Of a stretch of DNA of 64,000 nucleotides, positions 29,922 to 38,691 are shown piece by piece (positions within the stretch are counted from its first letter, which is position 1; each line of letters starts with the position of its first letter). The notes beneath the pieces are model-generated. The model ran no database searches and was not told where the DNA came from. It saw only the letters and a list, made by a program, of their open reading frames with translations. Source of the stretch: Candidatus Faecicola pullistercoris (GTDB lineage: Bacteria; Bacillota; Clostridia; Christensenellales; CAG-917); contig DVNW01000004.1 of NCBI GenBank assembly GCA_018714105.1, positions 2,738-66,737 on the forward strand. The letters run 5' to 3'. A program made the translations under genes and the position numbers.

Positions 29922-29970
29922 TTCATAACTTATTTATATTTATACATAGCTTGTAAATTAAAAACCGCTT

Positions 29971-30004
29971 ATTGTCAACCGTTTTATTTCAAATGGTTGA
30001 CAAT
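29971..30004. promoter_or_regulatory. BirA operator (bioO) overlapping the bioY promoter
   Basis: This is a perfect inverted repeat: ATTGTCAACC, a 14-nt spacer, then GGTTGACAAT. It matches the Firmicutes BirA site (TGTtAACC-N14-GGTTaACA type). The right half contains a consensus -35 TTGACA (29997-30002), and bioY starts 44 nt downstream. Confidence 0.8.
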
Positions 30005-30047
30005 TGTTTTTTGCCGTGCTAAATTATAATAAAAACAGGAATCGACA

Positions 30048-30590
30048 ATGAAAGGCAAAACTCTCGAACTGACGGCAAAACAGGCGGTATACATAGCGGT
30101 TTTCGCGGCGCTTACTGCCGCGGGCGCGTTTATAAAAATTCCCGTACCCGTAGTACCGTTCAGCATGATGACTTTTTTTACAATACTTGCGGGAGCCGTA
30201 CTCGAAAAAAAACAGGCTTTTCTCTCACAGGCCGTATATATAGTTTTAGGCCTTATCGGAGTGCCCGTTTTTGCAAACGGCGGGGGAATTTCCTACGTGC
30301 TGCAACCCACGTTCGGGTATATTCTCGCGCTTCCGTTTACGGCATATATGATTGCAAAACTCGACGAGGCCGGCTTTAAAACTTTTATTGCAATGTTTTT
30401 GCCTACGCTGTTTCAGCTTTTTGCGGGGACTCTGTATCTTTACCTTATTAATACTTTGTATTTCGGAAAGGAAACCGATCTGGCAAAAGTAATGACTTCG
30501 TATGCCGTTATGTTTATACCCGTCGAACTCGTTAAATGCGCGCTTGCGTACGCCGTGTATTCCAGAATAAACAGATTTATTGATAAATAG
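30048..30590 (+). CDS. bioY: Biotin transporter BioY (ECF S-component)
   Basis: The 180-aa, six-helix protein has the N-terminal stretch AVFAALTAAGAFIKIPVPVVPFSMMTFF. The BirA operator lies directly upstream. Confidence 0.9.
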   Translation: MKGKTLELTAKQAVYIAVFAALTAAGAFIKIPVPVVPFSMMTFFTILAGAVLEKKQAFLSQAVYIVLGLIGVPVFANGGGISYVLQPTFGYILALPFTAYMIAKLDEAGFKTFIAMFLPTLFQLFAGTLYLYLINTLYFGKETDLAKVMTSYAVMFIPVELVKCALAYAVYSRINRFIDK

Positions 30591-30622
30591 CTTTTTTTTG
30601 CGCACTATATTAAGGGTGGAAT

Positions 30623-31279
30623 ATGCTTTATATAGTGCTTGCTTTACTGTCGTTTATAATACTGGCGGGAGGAGGAAAAGGGTATCTTTCCTATCTTCGC
30701 ATGAGGCCGATAACCGTTTTCTCGTGGCTTATCGCGATAACTCTGATATCGGCGGTTCCGGCGTTCGGACGACAGGATTTGAAACTTTATCCGGCAGGAC
30801 TGGTTTATTTAATTATAATTACTGTTTTAGGGTTTAAACATTCAAAATTGGCGGATAAACTTTATATCGTGTCTGTATCCGTCATACTGGCGTTTACCTT
30901 GTATTTTGTGGCCGAGATGTGGCCGCGGCCCCTTTTCGGCGCTGTCGATAAAAACGGAATACTGTATTTTGCGGCTTTCCTGTTTGCCGTGATGTTGCTG
31001 TCCTTCAATCCGTCAAACGCCTTGTTCATAGCGGCCTACTCGTCTTTCGGCGCCGATATAATTTACGCGGCTGCCGGGGGAGAAAGTATTACTCTTTTCG
31101 CCTCGGGACCGCTTACGGCGGCGTTGTCGGCAGGCGTTTTGGGCTCGGTTATTCTGTATAAAATATTTTCGCTTGTTTTCAAACTGTATCCGTTGCCCGA
31201 TTTCATGCTTTCGGAAACGGCCGAGTATTTTGAAACCGAACGTTTTCGTCATAAAAAAGGCGGCGATAAAAAAAGTTGA
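30623..31279 (+). CDS. Polytopic membrane protein, unknown function
   Basis: The 218-aa protein is hydrophobic throughout. A GGGTGGA Shine-Dalgarno precedes the start. No family was recognised. Confidence 0.55.
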   Translation: MLYIVLALLSFIILAGGGKGYLSYLRMRPITVFSWLIAITLISAVPAFGRQDLKLYPAGLVYLIIITVLGFKHSKLADKLYIVSVSVILAFTLYFVAEMWPRPLFGAVDKNGILYFAAFLFAVMLLSFNPSNALFIAAYSSFGADIIYAAAGGESITLFASGPLTAALSAGVLGSVILYKIFSLVFKLYPLPDFMLSETAEYFETERFRHKKGGDKKS

Positions 31280-31304
31280 CGATTTGCCTTTTACAATCTA
31301 TAAT
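31276..31304 (+). promoter_or_regulatory. Promoter placing the transcription start at or just before the DUF512 start codon
   Basis: TTGACG (31276-31281), a 17-nt spacer, then TATAAT (31299-31304). Only 8 nt (atataaat) separate the -10 from the ATG at 31313, and there is no Shine-Dalgarno. Confidence 0.5.
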
Positions 31305-31312
31305 ATATAAAT

Positions 31313-32575
31313 ATGTTAAAGGTTGTAAAAGCAGATAAAAACGGTTATGCCGCAAGGCTTGGGTTTAAGGAAGGTTACCGCATAATTTCTTTGGGCGGGC
31401 ACGCCGTAAAAGACGTGCTCGACTATTTGTATTACGACGCGGAAGACAGTTTTGAAATGGAATACGAGAACAAGCGGGGCGACAGAAAACGCGCCGTTGT
31501 GAACAAGGCTCCCGGTCAGAGTCTGGGGCTGGAATTCGACGACGTAATTCCCATGAGATGCAAAAACAAATGCAAATTCTGTTTTGTGGATCAGCTTCCC
31601 CGAGGTATGCGCGAAACTCTTTACGTCAAAGACGACGATTACCGTCTGTCTTGCATATGCGGTAATTACGTGACTCTGACCAATCTTACCGAAGAGGACG
31701 TCGAGCGCATAATACGGCTTAAAATTTCTCCTCTTTACATATCGGTTCACGCGTGGGATCCCGATACGCGTAAATTTCTGGTGACAAATCCCGGCACGTT
31801 AAAGCTTAATTCCTATATCGAACGGTTTGCGGAAAACGGTATAATTATGCATACGCAAATCGTCATGTGCGAGGGCATCAACGACGGAAAGATTTTGGAA
31901 GAAACCGTGAAAAAACTTTATGAATTTTTTCCTGCCGTGCGTTCGCTTGCCGTAGTGCCTGTCGGTCTTACGGCTCATCGCGAGGGGCTGTATCCGCTAA
32001 AACCTATAACGCCCGAATGTGCTTGCGCCACTATAGATTTTGTCGAGGCGTTCAACAGAGGGCGCGATTTCTGCTGGTGCTCGGATGAGCTTTACATAAA
32101 AGCAGGCAGGCCTTTGCCCGACGACGAGTATTACGGCGAATATTTTCAGATAGAAAACGGAGTGGGGCTTGTAAGAAAGTTTCTGAGCGTCGTTGAAAAA
32201 TCGGTCGCGGCCGTTACGCGCACTGACAAAAGGTTTAAGGTTGTTATGCTTACGGGAAAATCTTTTGCGCCTTTTCTGTCGCAGGCAGCTGCTCTGATAA
32301 AAGAAAAAATACCTTTTGCGGATATAACCGTTTTCCCCGTCGAAAACAATTTTTTCGGTCCGCAAATCACCGTATCGGGGCTGATAACGGGCGGGGATAT
32401 CCTGAAACAGGCTCCGCGCGGGGCCGATCTCTATACCGTTCCGTCCAACATGCTTAAAGAATTCGAGGACGTATTTCTGGACGGAGTCACGCTCAAAGAG
32501 GTTGAAAAGTCGCTCGGGCGCGTGGAAAAAGTTATGCCTTTCGGCGAAAATCTCATGGATTTATTACTTAAATAA
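31313..32575 (+). CDS. DUF512 protein (PDZ-like N-terminus plus radical-SAM-like core)
   Basis: The 420-aa protein starts MLKVVKADKNGYAARLGF and has the Cys motif CKNKCKFCF. Its position immediately upstream of der is conserved in Clostridia. Confidence 0.75.
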   Translation: MLKVVKADKNGYAARLGFKEGYRIISLGGHAVKDVLDYLYYDAEDSFEMEYENKRGDRKRAVVNKAPGQSLGLEFDDVIPMRCKNKCKFCFVDQLPRGMRETLYVKDDDYRLSCICGNYVTLTNLTEEDVERIIRLKISPLYISVHAWDPDTRKFLVTNPGTLKLNSYIERFAENGIIMHTQIVMCEGINDGKILEETVKKLYEFFPAVRSLAVVPVGLTAHREGLYPLKPITPECACATIDFVEAFNRGRDFCWCSDELYIKAGRPLPDDEYYGEYFQIENGVGLVRKFLSVVEKSVAAVTRTDKRFKVVMLTGKSFAPFLSQAAALIKEKIPFADITVFPVENNFFGPQITVSGLITGGDILKQAPRGADLYTVPSNMLKEFEDVFLDGVTLKEVEKSLGRVEKVMPFGENLMDLLLK

Positions 32576-32638
32576 TCCGGTTATACATTGACTTAAAGGG
32601 AAAACTGTGGTATAAATATATCTCGTAACAGGTGAATT

Positions 32639-33964
32639 ATGGCAAAACCGCTTGTGGCTATCGTCGGCAGACCTAACGTCGGCAAATCCACGCTCTTCAA
32701 CGTAATAGCCGAAAGGCGACTGTCCATTGTGGAGGACACGCCCGGCGTAACGCGCGACCGCTTGTATGCAGATTGCGAGTGGTGCGGTTTTAATTTTTCG
32801 CTTGTGGATACGGGCGGCCTTGCTTTGAAAAGCGAGGACGAAATGTGGAAACATATCAAAAAGCAAGCCGAAGTGGCGGCAGATACCGCCGATGTAATAG
32901 TATTCGTTGTCGACGGCAAAACGGGGATGTCGGCGGAAGATTACGACGTCGCAGACTTTTTGCGACGCGCGGCCAAACCCGTAATCGTGGCGGTTAACAA
33001 GCTGGACAATAACGAAACCGACAATTTATACGATTTTTATGCGCTGGGTATGGGCACGCCCGTGCCTGTTTCGGCGGGTCAGAAAAAGGGTATAGGCGAT
33101 CTTCTTGACGAAATAACCGCTTACCTCAAAACCTTTAAAGACGAAGACGAGGACGGAGACGTCATTAAAATTGCGGTAGCGGGCAGGCCGAATGCCGGCA
33201 AAAGCAGTATCGTAAACCGGCTGTTGGGCTTTGACAGGGTAATTGTCAGCAATATAGCGGGTACCACGCGGGACGCGATAGATACGCCCTTCACTTACGG
33301 CGGCAGAAAATTCGTGCTTACGGATACGGCGGGTATGCGCCGTCAGCGAAGTATAGACGCCGCTCTGGAAAAGTATTCCGTAATGCGTTCGCTTGCCGCC
33401 ATAAGACGAAGCGACATAACGCTCATTGTGTGCGACGCTACCAAAAAGCTGGCCGAGCAGGACCTGAGAATTGCAGGCTACGTTCACGAACAGGGGAAGC
33501 CTTCGCTTATAGTCATGAACAAGTGGGACGCAGTTGAAAAAGATTCCTACACCGTTAACGAATACAACAAACGGCTCAAAGAAGAGCTGAAATTCATGGA
33601 CTATTTCACCGCGCTTTATATCAGCGCGCTTACGGGCAAAAGGGCGGATACCCTTATGCCGGCTATCGTCAAAGCGGTGGAAAACAGCAGAAGACGTATT
33701 TCCACCGGTCTTCTCAACGACGTTATTCAGGAGGCGGTTTTATCCAACGAGCCGCCGTCCAGAAACGGACGCCGCCTTAAAATTTATTATTCGACGCAGG
33801 TAAGCGTCGCGCCGCCGACCTTCGTAATTAAGGTTAACGACGAAACTCTTATGCATTTTTCTTACAGACGCTATCTCGAAAACGCACTGAGGAAGGCCTT
33901 CGATTTCAGCTCGACGCCTGTAAGAATATACGTCCGCAACAGAAACGAAAAAGACGACGAGTAA
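32639..33964 (+). CDS. der: Ribosome-assembly GTPase Der (EngA)
   Basis: Two G domains are present (GRPNVGKST and GRPNAGKSS), followed by a KH-like C-terminus. The protein is 441 aa. Confidence 0.95.
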   Translation: MAKPLVAIVGRPNVGKSTLFNVIAERRLSIVEDTPGVTRDRLYADCEWCGFNFSLVDTGGLALKSEDEMWKHIKKQAEVAADTADVIVFVVDGKTGMSAEDYDVADFLRRAAKPVIVAVNKLDNNETDNLYDFYALGMGTPVPVSAGQKKGIGDLLDEITAYLKTFKDEDEDGDVIKIAVAGRPNAGKSSIVNRLLGFDRVIVSNIAGTTRDAIDTPFTYGGRKFVLTDTAGMRRQRSIDAALEKYSVMRSLAAIRRSDITLIVCDATKKLAEQDLRIAGYVHEQGKPSLIVMNKWDAVEKDSYTVNEYNKRLKEELKFMDYFTALYISALTGKRADTLMPAIVKAVENSRRRISTGLLNDVIQEAVLSNEPPSRNGRRLKIYYSTQVSVAPPTFVIKVNDETLMHFSYRRYLENALRKAFDFSSTPVRIYVRNRNEKDDE

Positions 33965-33993
33965 AATTTCAACTTTGTTGAAAAGGAGATAAA

Positions 33994-35277
33994 ATGAAGT
34001 ATTTAGACAAGTCCAAAGACGAACTCGCAAAACTTTTGGAAGAAGCCATGAAGGTTTACAAGGAGTATCAGAGGCAGAAACTCAGCCTGGATATGACTCG
34101 CGGCAAACCTTGCTCCGAACAGCTGGATTTATCCTTGCCCATGATGGACGCGCTTAATTCGGAGTCTTCTTACAAACTTTCAAACGGTCTTGACGCCCGC
34201 AACTACGGCGGTCTGGAAGGCATACCCGAGCTTCGCAAGATGTTCGGCGAGATTTTTGACGTGCCCGCGGCGAGAGTGATTATCAAGGACGAAAGCAGTT
34301 TGAATATCATGTACGATACCGTTCAGTTCTGTCTGCAGTTCGGCACGGGCGGCTATGAACCGTGGAACAAACAGGGCCCCGTTAAATTTATTTGTCCCGC
34401 GCCCGGATACGACAGGCATTTTGCCGTAACGCAGGCACTCGGCGTCGAAATGATTACCGTGCCCATGAAGGAGGACGGCCCCGATATGGACCTTGTCGAA
34501 ATGCTGGTTGCGGCTGACGAGAGCATCAAGGGCATATGGTGCGTTCCCAAGTACAGCAATCCTACGGGAACCGTTTACAGCGACAAAGTCGTTGACAGAC
34601 TTGCCGCAATGAAAACCGCCGCGCCCGATTTCAGAATTTTCTGGGATAACGCTTATTTCACTCATTTTATAGGCGAATCCGACGTGCCGCTGAAAAACAT
34701 TTTCCCCGAGTGCGAGAAGGCGGGCAATCCCGACAGAGTGTTCATGTTTGCCTCGACTTCCAAAATCACCTTTGCCGGCGCGGGTATATCCATGATTATT
34801 TCGTCGGACAAGAATATAGAGGAATTTAAAAACCGCATAAAATATCAGTATATTACGCCGAACAAGGTTGTTCAGCTCATGCACTATAATTTCTTGCAGA
34901 GCAAGGAAAATCTCAACGCACTCATGAAAAAACATGCGCAGATAATGCGTCCCAAATTCGAAATGGTGCTTAATACTCTCGAAAAGGAGTTCGGTAACAG
35001 CGACGTTCTGAAATGGACTTCCCCGAAAGGCGGGTATTTTATCAGCGTGGATACCCTCGAAGGATGCGCAAAAAGAGTGGTTCAGCTTGCCAAAGATGCC
35101 GGAGTTGCGCTTACTAACGCGGGCGCGACCTTCCCGTACGGTAACGACGACAAGGACCGCAACATTCGCTTGGCGCCCTCGTATCCTCCCATAATGGAAC
35201 TTGACCTTGCGGTAAACGTATTCTGCGTTGCAGTCAAGATCGCGTCGATAGAAAAGCTGTTGGAAAAAGCCGAATAA
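33994..35277 (+). CDS. PLP-dependent aminotransferase, class I/II fold
   Basis: The 427-aa protein has LDMTRGKP near the N-terminus and the PLP-lysine region FASTSKITFAGAG. Confidence 0.8.
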   Translation: MKYLDKSKDELAKLLEEAMKVYKEYQRQKLSLDMTRGKPCSEQLDLSLPMMDALNSESSYKLSNGLDARNYGGLEGIPELRKMFGEIFDVPAARVIIKDESSLNIMYDTVQFCLQFGTGGYEPWNKQGPVKFICPAPGYDRHFAVTQALGVEMITVPMKEDGPDMDLVEMLVAADESIKGIWCVPKYSNPTGTVYSDKVVDRLAAMKTAAPDFRIFWDNAYFTHFIGESDVPLKNIFPECEKAGNPDRVFMFASTSKITFAGAGISMIISSDKNIEEFKNRIKYQYITPNKVVQLMHYNFLQSKENLNALMKKHAQIMRPKFEMVLNTLEKEFGNSDVLKWTSPKGGYFISVDTLEGCAKRVVQLAKDAGVALTNAGATFPYGNDDKDRNIRLAPSYPPIMELDLAVNVFCVAVKIASIEKLLEKAE

Positions 35278-35290
35278 AGGATAAAAGAAA

Positions 35291-35312
35291 AGGACGGTTC
35301 GCCGTCCTTTTT
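35291..35312 (+). terminator. Terminator after the aminotransferase gene
   Basis: The stem is AGGACGG, loop TTCG, then CCGTCCT followed by TTTTT. Confidence 0.8.
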
Positions 35313-35357
35313 GATTTTATCGGGTATATTTTACTCCGCCGCGAGAACAATATTATT

Positions 35358-35699
35358 ATGAAAGCGGTGATTTTAAGTTTGGTTTTGTTTGCCACCTTTA
35401 CCGGTAAACCCGTGATTACCGACCGGATAGTGTACGTTGACGAAGAATACGCCGTGATTTTTCTGTCAACGGAAGCCATTTATCTGAAAAGCGACGCCGA
35501 CAGGCTTATCGAGGAAGTTTATTCCGCCGCAGTGCGGGAATATCCCGAGCTTAAAGTGGCCGTTACAAGGGATGCGGGCAGTTACGGCAGGGCAAAACTC
35601 TATAAAGAAAACGGCCGCGCCGACGCACTTGCAAAGCTTGCGGCACAAACTTATTCAAAATACGGCAGGCACACCGAAAAAACGCTTGCCATATGTTAA
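35358..35699 (+). CDS. Hypothetical exported protein (weakly YhcN/YlaJ-like)
   Basis: The 113-aa ORF has a hydrophobic N-terminus. There is no clear Shine-Dalgarno, and the family assignment is only an impression. Confidence 0.35.
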   Translation: MKAVILSLVLFATFTGKPVITDRIVYVDEEYAVIFLSTEAIYLKSDADRLIEEVYSAAVREYPELKVAVTRDAGSYGRAKLYKENGRADALAKLAAQTYSKYGRHTEKTLAIC

Positions 35700-35714
35700 A
35701 AGTAGTGCTAAACT

Positions 35715-35830
35715 TAATTTAACTTCAGGGCAAGGTGAAATTCCTTACCGGTGGTATAGTCCACGAGCGCGAGCAGAACGGGTGCGATTCCCGTACCGAC
35801 GGTAAAGTCCGGATGAAAGAAGTGGAAACC
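35715..35830 (+). promoter_or_regulatory. FMN riboswitch (RFN element)
   Basis: The conserved core is present: CAGGGCAAGGTGAAATTCCTTACCGGTGGTATAGTCCACGAGC...GGGTGCGATTCCCGTACCGACGGTAAAGTCCGGATGAAAGAAG. P1 pairs ACTTC (35722-35726) with GAAGT (35819-35823). Confidence 0.9.
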
Positions 35831-35841
35831 GATTTTGTCAT

Positions 35842-35861
35842 GCCCCGAAAGGGGCGTTTTT
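35842..35861 (+). terminator. Riboswitch-controlled attenuator terminator
   Basis: The stem is GCCCC, loop GAAA, then GGGGC followed by GTTTTT, directly after the FMN aptamer. Confidence 0.8.
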
Positions 35862-35910
35862 AATTTCGGCCTTTCCGCCTCGAAGTAATAACTTTGCGAG
35901 GTAAAACGTC

Positions 35911-36555
35911 ATGAAACAGGAAAATGCGGTTTTGACAACCGCGGAACAAACTCCCGCCGCCGAATGGCAACGCGATTTCGACGCACGTATAGCAGTGCGA
36001 GCCGTCAAGGAAAAGTTTTTTACGGCGGCAAGGGTAGCTCAGATTGCCGTACTTTCGGCGCTTGCTTACCTGGTTACTTTTATAGAATTTCCCGTATTTC
36101 CCGCCGCGGATTTTTTGAAACTCGATTTCGCCAACGTATTCGTACTTATGGGCGGTTTTATGTACGGTCCGCTGACCGCGCTGACTATAAGCGGCGTTAA
36201 AGAGCTTTTGTCGCTTCTGGATACAAAAACCGCAGGTATAGGCGAATTGGCAAATTTCATACTCACTTTTTCGTTTGTAATAATTCCCACATTTGTGTAC
36301 CGCTATAAAAAAGGAATAAAAACCGTAATAGCCACTCTTTCGGCGGGCACGGTCGTGCTTGTAGGGGCGAGCCTGCTTACAAACAGATACATAAACTTTC
36401 CGCTGTACGAAAAGTTTCTGGGTATGAGCGCGGCCGAGGCTTTCGGGCTGATGTGGTGGTACGTGGCGCTGTTCAATCTCATAAAAGGCGTGGCGGTAAG
36501 TCTGGTTACCGTGCTGATTTATAAGCGGGTTTCATTTTTATTAAAGAAGATTTGA
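35911..36555 (+). CDS. ribU: Riboflavin transporter RibU/FmnP (ECF S-component)
   Basis: The 214-aa membrane protein lies behind the FMN riboswitch. The stretch FPVFPAADFLKLDFANVFVLMGGFMYGP is typical of this family. Confidence 0.8.
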   Translation: MKQENAVLTTAEQTPAAEWQRDFDARIAVRAVKEKFFTAARVAQIAVLSALAYLVTFIEFPVFPAADFLKLDFANVFVLMGGFMYGPLTALTISGVKELLSLLDTKTAGIGELANFILTFSFVIIPTFVYRYKKGIKTVIATLSAGTVVLVGASLLTNRYINFPLYEKFLGMSAAEAFGLMWWYVALFNLIKGVAVSLVTVLIYKRVSFLLKKI

Positions 36556-36584
36556 TTGCATAACCCGATTAAAAAGGGTATAAT
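36556..36584 (+). promoter_or_regulatory. Promoter of tsaE-tsaB-rimI (leaderless geometry)
   Basis: TTGCAT (36556-36561), a 17-nt spacer, then TATAAT (36579-36584). Six nt later comes the ATG at 36591, with no Shine-Dalgarno. Confidence 0.55.
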
Positions 36585-36590
36585 ATCCCT

Positions 36591-36995
36591 ATGAAATTCG
36601 TATCCGAAAAAGTCGAAGACACTTATGCCGCGGCTTCCGTGCTTGCCGAAAAGCTGACGGGCGGCGAAGTAATATTGCTGGAAGGCCGTCTTGGTGCGGG
36701 CAAAACCACCTTTACCAAAGGGCTTGCCGCCGCTCTCGGCGTAAAAGAAAGGGTAACTAGTCCCACTTTTACCATAATGAACGAATACGACGGCGGAAGA
36801 CTGAAACTTTATCATCTCGATATGTACAGGATAGGCGGCGAGGACGAGGTGTACGAACTCGGACTGGAAGAATTTCTGTTCGGCAGCGGCGTCACCGTTA
36901 TCGAATGGAACAAGTTCGTAAACCTTCCCGAGCGCGTTTACCGCGTAAAAATCGACTGCGTTTCGGACAGCGCGAGGGAAATAGAAATATTATGA
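36591..36995 (+). CDS. tsaE: tRNA t6A37 biosynthesis ATPase TsaE
   Basis: The P-loop [14 protein letters not shown] is present, as is the conserved SPTFT and HLDMYR. The protein is 134 aa. Confidence 0.9.
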   Translation: MKFVSEKVEDTYAAASVLAEKLTGGEVILLEGRLGAGKTTFTKGLAAALGVKERVTSPTFTIMNEYDGGRLKLYHLDMYRIGGEDEVYELGLEEFLFGSGVTVIEWNKFVNLPERVYRVKIDCVSDSAREIEIL

Positions 36996-37564
36996 AAGGC
37001 CTTGTTTTAAACACTACCGACTCCGAAATTACCGTTATACTGACAGATGGGGACAAGTATTACGCCGTCACCGAATGCAGCAAGGATAAAAGGCATACGC
37101 AAAACCTGCTTTCGACGGTGGATTCTTTGCTTAATACGCACAATATCGCTCTTCGCGACATAGACTGTTATGCGAGCATAGTCGGGCCGGGCTCGTTTAC
37201 CGGTATACGCGTAGGCGTTTCCACCGTAAACGCTTTTGCATACGCCTGCAACAAACCTCTTGTAGAAATCAATATGCTGGAAGTCATGGCGGAAGGCGGG
37301 GAAGACGGATTGTACCTTATCGATGCGCTGCACGGCAACTGTTACGGACTTTTAAAAGACGGCGACGTAAAAACGACGGCGTTTTACGAAAAAGCCGAGA
37401 TAGAGGCGTCGCCGCTTAAAAAGCATTACAAAACGGCAGGGTGCGATTATGCCGGAAATATAGTCGCGATTTTCAGAAAACGGGTTGAGGAAAAGCGCTT
37501 TGTAAGTTATCTTATGCCGCTTTATCTGCGCGAGTCGCAGGCAGAACGCGAGGCTGCAAGATGA
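36992..37564 (+). CDS. tsaB: tRNA t6A37 biosynthesis protein TsaB
   Basis: [15 protein letters not shown]...GPGSFTGIRVGVS is typical of TsaB. The ATG at 36992 overlaps the tsaE stop (ATGA), so the ORF-track start at 36905 is rejected. Confidence 0.85.
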   Translation: MKGLVLNTTDSEITVILTDGDKYYAVTECSKDKRHTQNLLSTVDSLLNTHNIALRDIDCYASIVGPGSFTGIRVGVSTVNAFAYACNKPLVEINMLEVMAEGGEDGLYLIDALHGNCYGLLKDGDVKTTAFYEKAEIEASPLKKHYKTAGCDYAGNIVAIFRKRVEEKRFVSYLMPLYLRESQAEREAAR

Positions 37565-37998
37565 AAATCAGACTAATGACGGAGAATGACTTGCCTGCCG
37601 TACTCGATATAGAGCGGCAGAGCTTTAAAACTCCGTGGACGGAAGGGATGTTTCTGTCCGAACTGAAAAACCCCGGTTCAACCTACTATATTGTTGAAAT
37701 TGAGGGCAAAGTAGTCGCGTTTTGCGGGTTTTTGAGAATACTTGACGACGCCGATATATTAAACGTAGCGGTAAGCCGGAATTTCAGAAGACGGAAAATC
37801 GCATCCGCATTAATAAAAAAAATAACCGACGAAGCTGCCGCAGTCGGAATAAAAAATCTCTTTTTGGAAGTAAACCACAATAACGTGGCGGCAATAAGTC
37901 TATACGAATCCTTCGGTTTTCAGCAAACGGGAAGGCGGAAAAAGTATTACGAAAATACCGACGACGCTTTGATTTATGCGCTGAAACTCGGGGGGTAA
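37561..37998 (+). CDS. rimI: Ribosomal-protein-alanine N-acetyltransferase
   Basis: The GNAT fold is indicated by the acetyl-CoA motif VSRNFRRRKIASAL. The protein is 145 aa and follows tsaB with an overlapping ATGA. Confidence 0.85.
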   Translation: MKIRLMTENDLPAVLDIERQSFKTPWTEGMFLSELKNPGSTYYIVEIEGKVVAFCGFLRILDDADILNVAVSRNFRRRKIASALIKKITDEAAAVGIKNLFLEVNHNNVAAISLYESFGFQQTGRRKKYYENTDDALIYALKLGG

Positions 37999-38048
37999 AA
38001 ACTATTTTAAACTATATAGTAAAAGGTTCGGGAAAAGCTGTAGTTTTT

Positions 38049-38687
38049 TTGCACGGTTGGGGTGCGGATTTACGGGCTTTTTCTTTTTTAGCGGATTATC
38101 TCGTCAATAACAAATGCGTTTTTATCGATTTTTACGGCCACGGAGCAAGCCCCGATATCGACCGCCCGATGCGCCTTAAAGATTTCTCCGACGGCGTAAT
38201 AGAGGTATTGTTCAAAGAAAAAATCGAAAACGCCGTTTTCGTAGGGCATTCTTTCGGCGGCAGAGTGGCTATGGATATCGCTTCGCATAACGGTATTTAC
38301 GTAAACAGACTCGTGCTTATCGACAGCGCGGGAATATTGCCACGCCGAGGCCCGAAGTATTTTTTCAGGGTGGGTCTGCATAAATTTTTAAAACGCTTCG
38401 GAAAAGGCCTTAAAGGAAGTGCGGATTACGCAAGACTTTCGGACGCCGGCAAGGCCACATTTATCAATATAGTAAATTACGATCAGCGGCCTTTTTTACA
38501 TAAAATCAAGTGTCCGACAGCCATATTCTGGGGCGACAGGGATAAGGATACCCCCATGTATATGGCTAAAATTCTCAATAAAAATATATCCGACAGCGCA
38601 TTGTTTACGTTAACAAACGCGGGTCATTTCTCATATTTAGATAATAAAGGCTTTTTGCCCGTATTTCTGAAATTTGTGGAGGGATGA
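38049..38687 (+). CDS. Alpha/beta hydrolase
   Basis: The HGWG oxyanion region and the nucleophile elbow GHSFGG are present. The first canonical start (TTG at 38049) cuts off the conserved first beta strand, which is encoded in-frame upstream. The true start may be a non-canonical codon near 38004. Confidence 0.75.
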   Translation: MHGWGADLRAFSFLADYLVNNKCVFIDFYGHGASPDIDRPMRLKDFSDGVIEVLFKEKIENAVFVGHSFGGRVAMDIASHNGIYVNRLVLIDSAGILPRRGPKYFFRVGLHKFLKRFGKGLKGSADYARLSDAGKATFINIVNYDQRPFLHKIKCPTAIFWGDRDKDTPMYMAKILNKNISDSALFTLTNAGHFSYLDNKGFLPVFLKFVEG

Positions 38688-38691
38688 TTTT

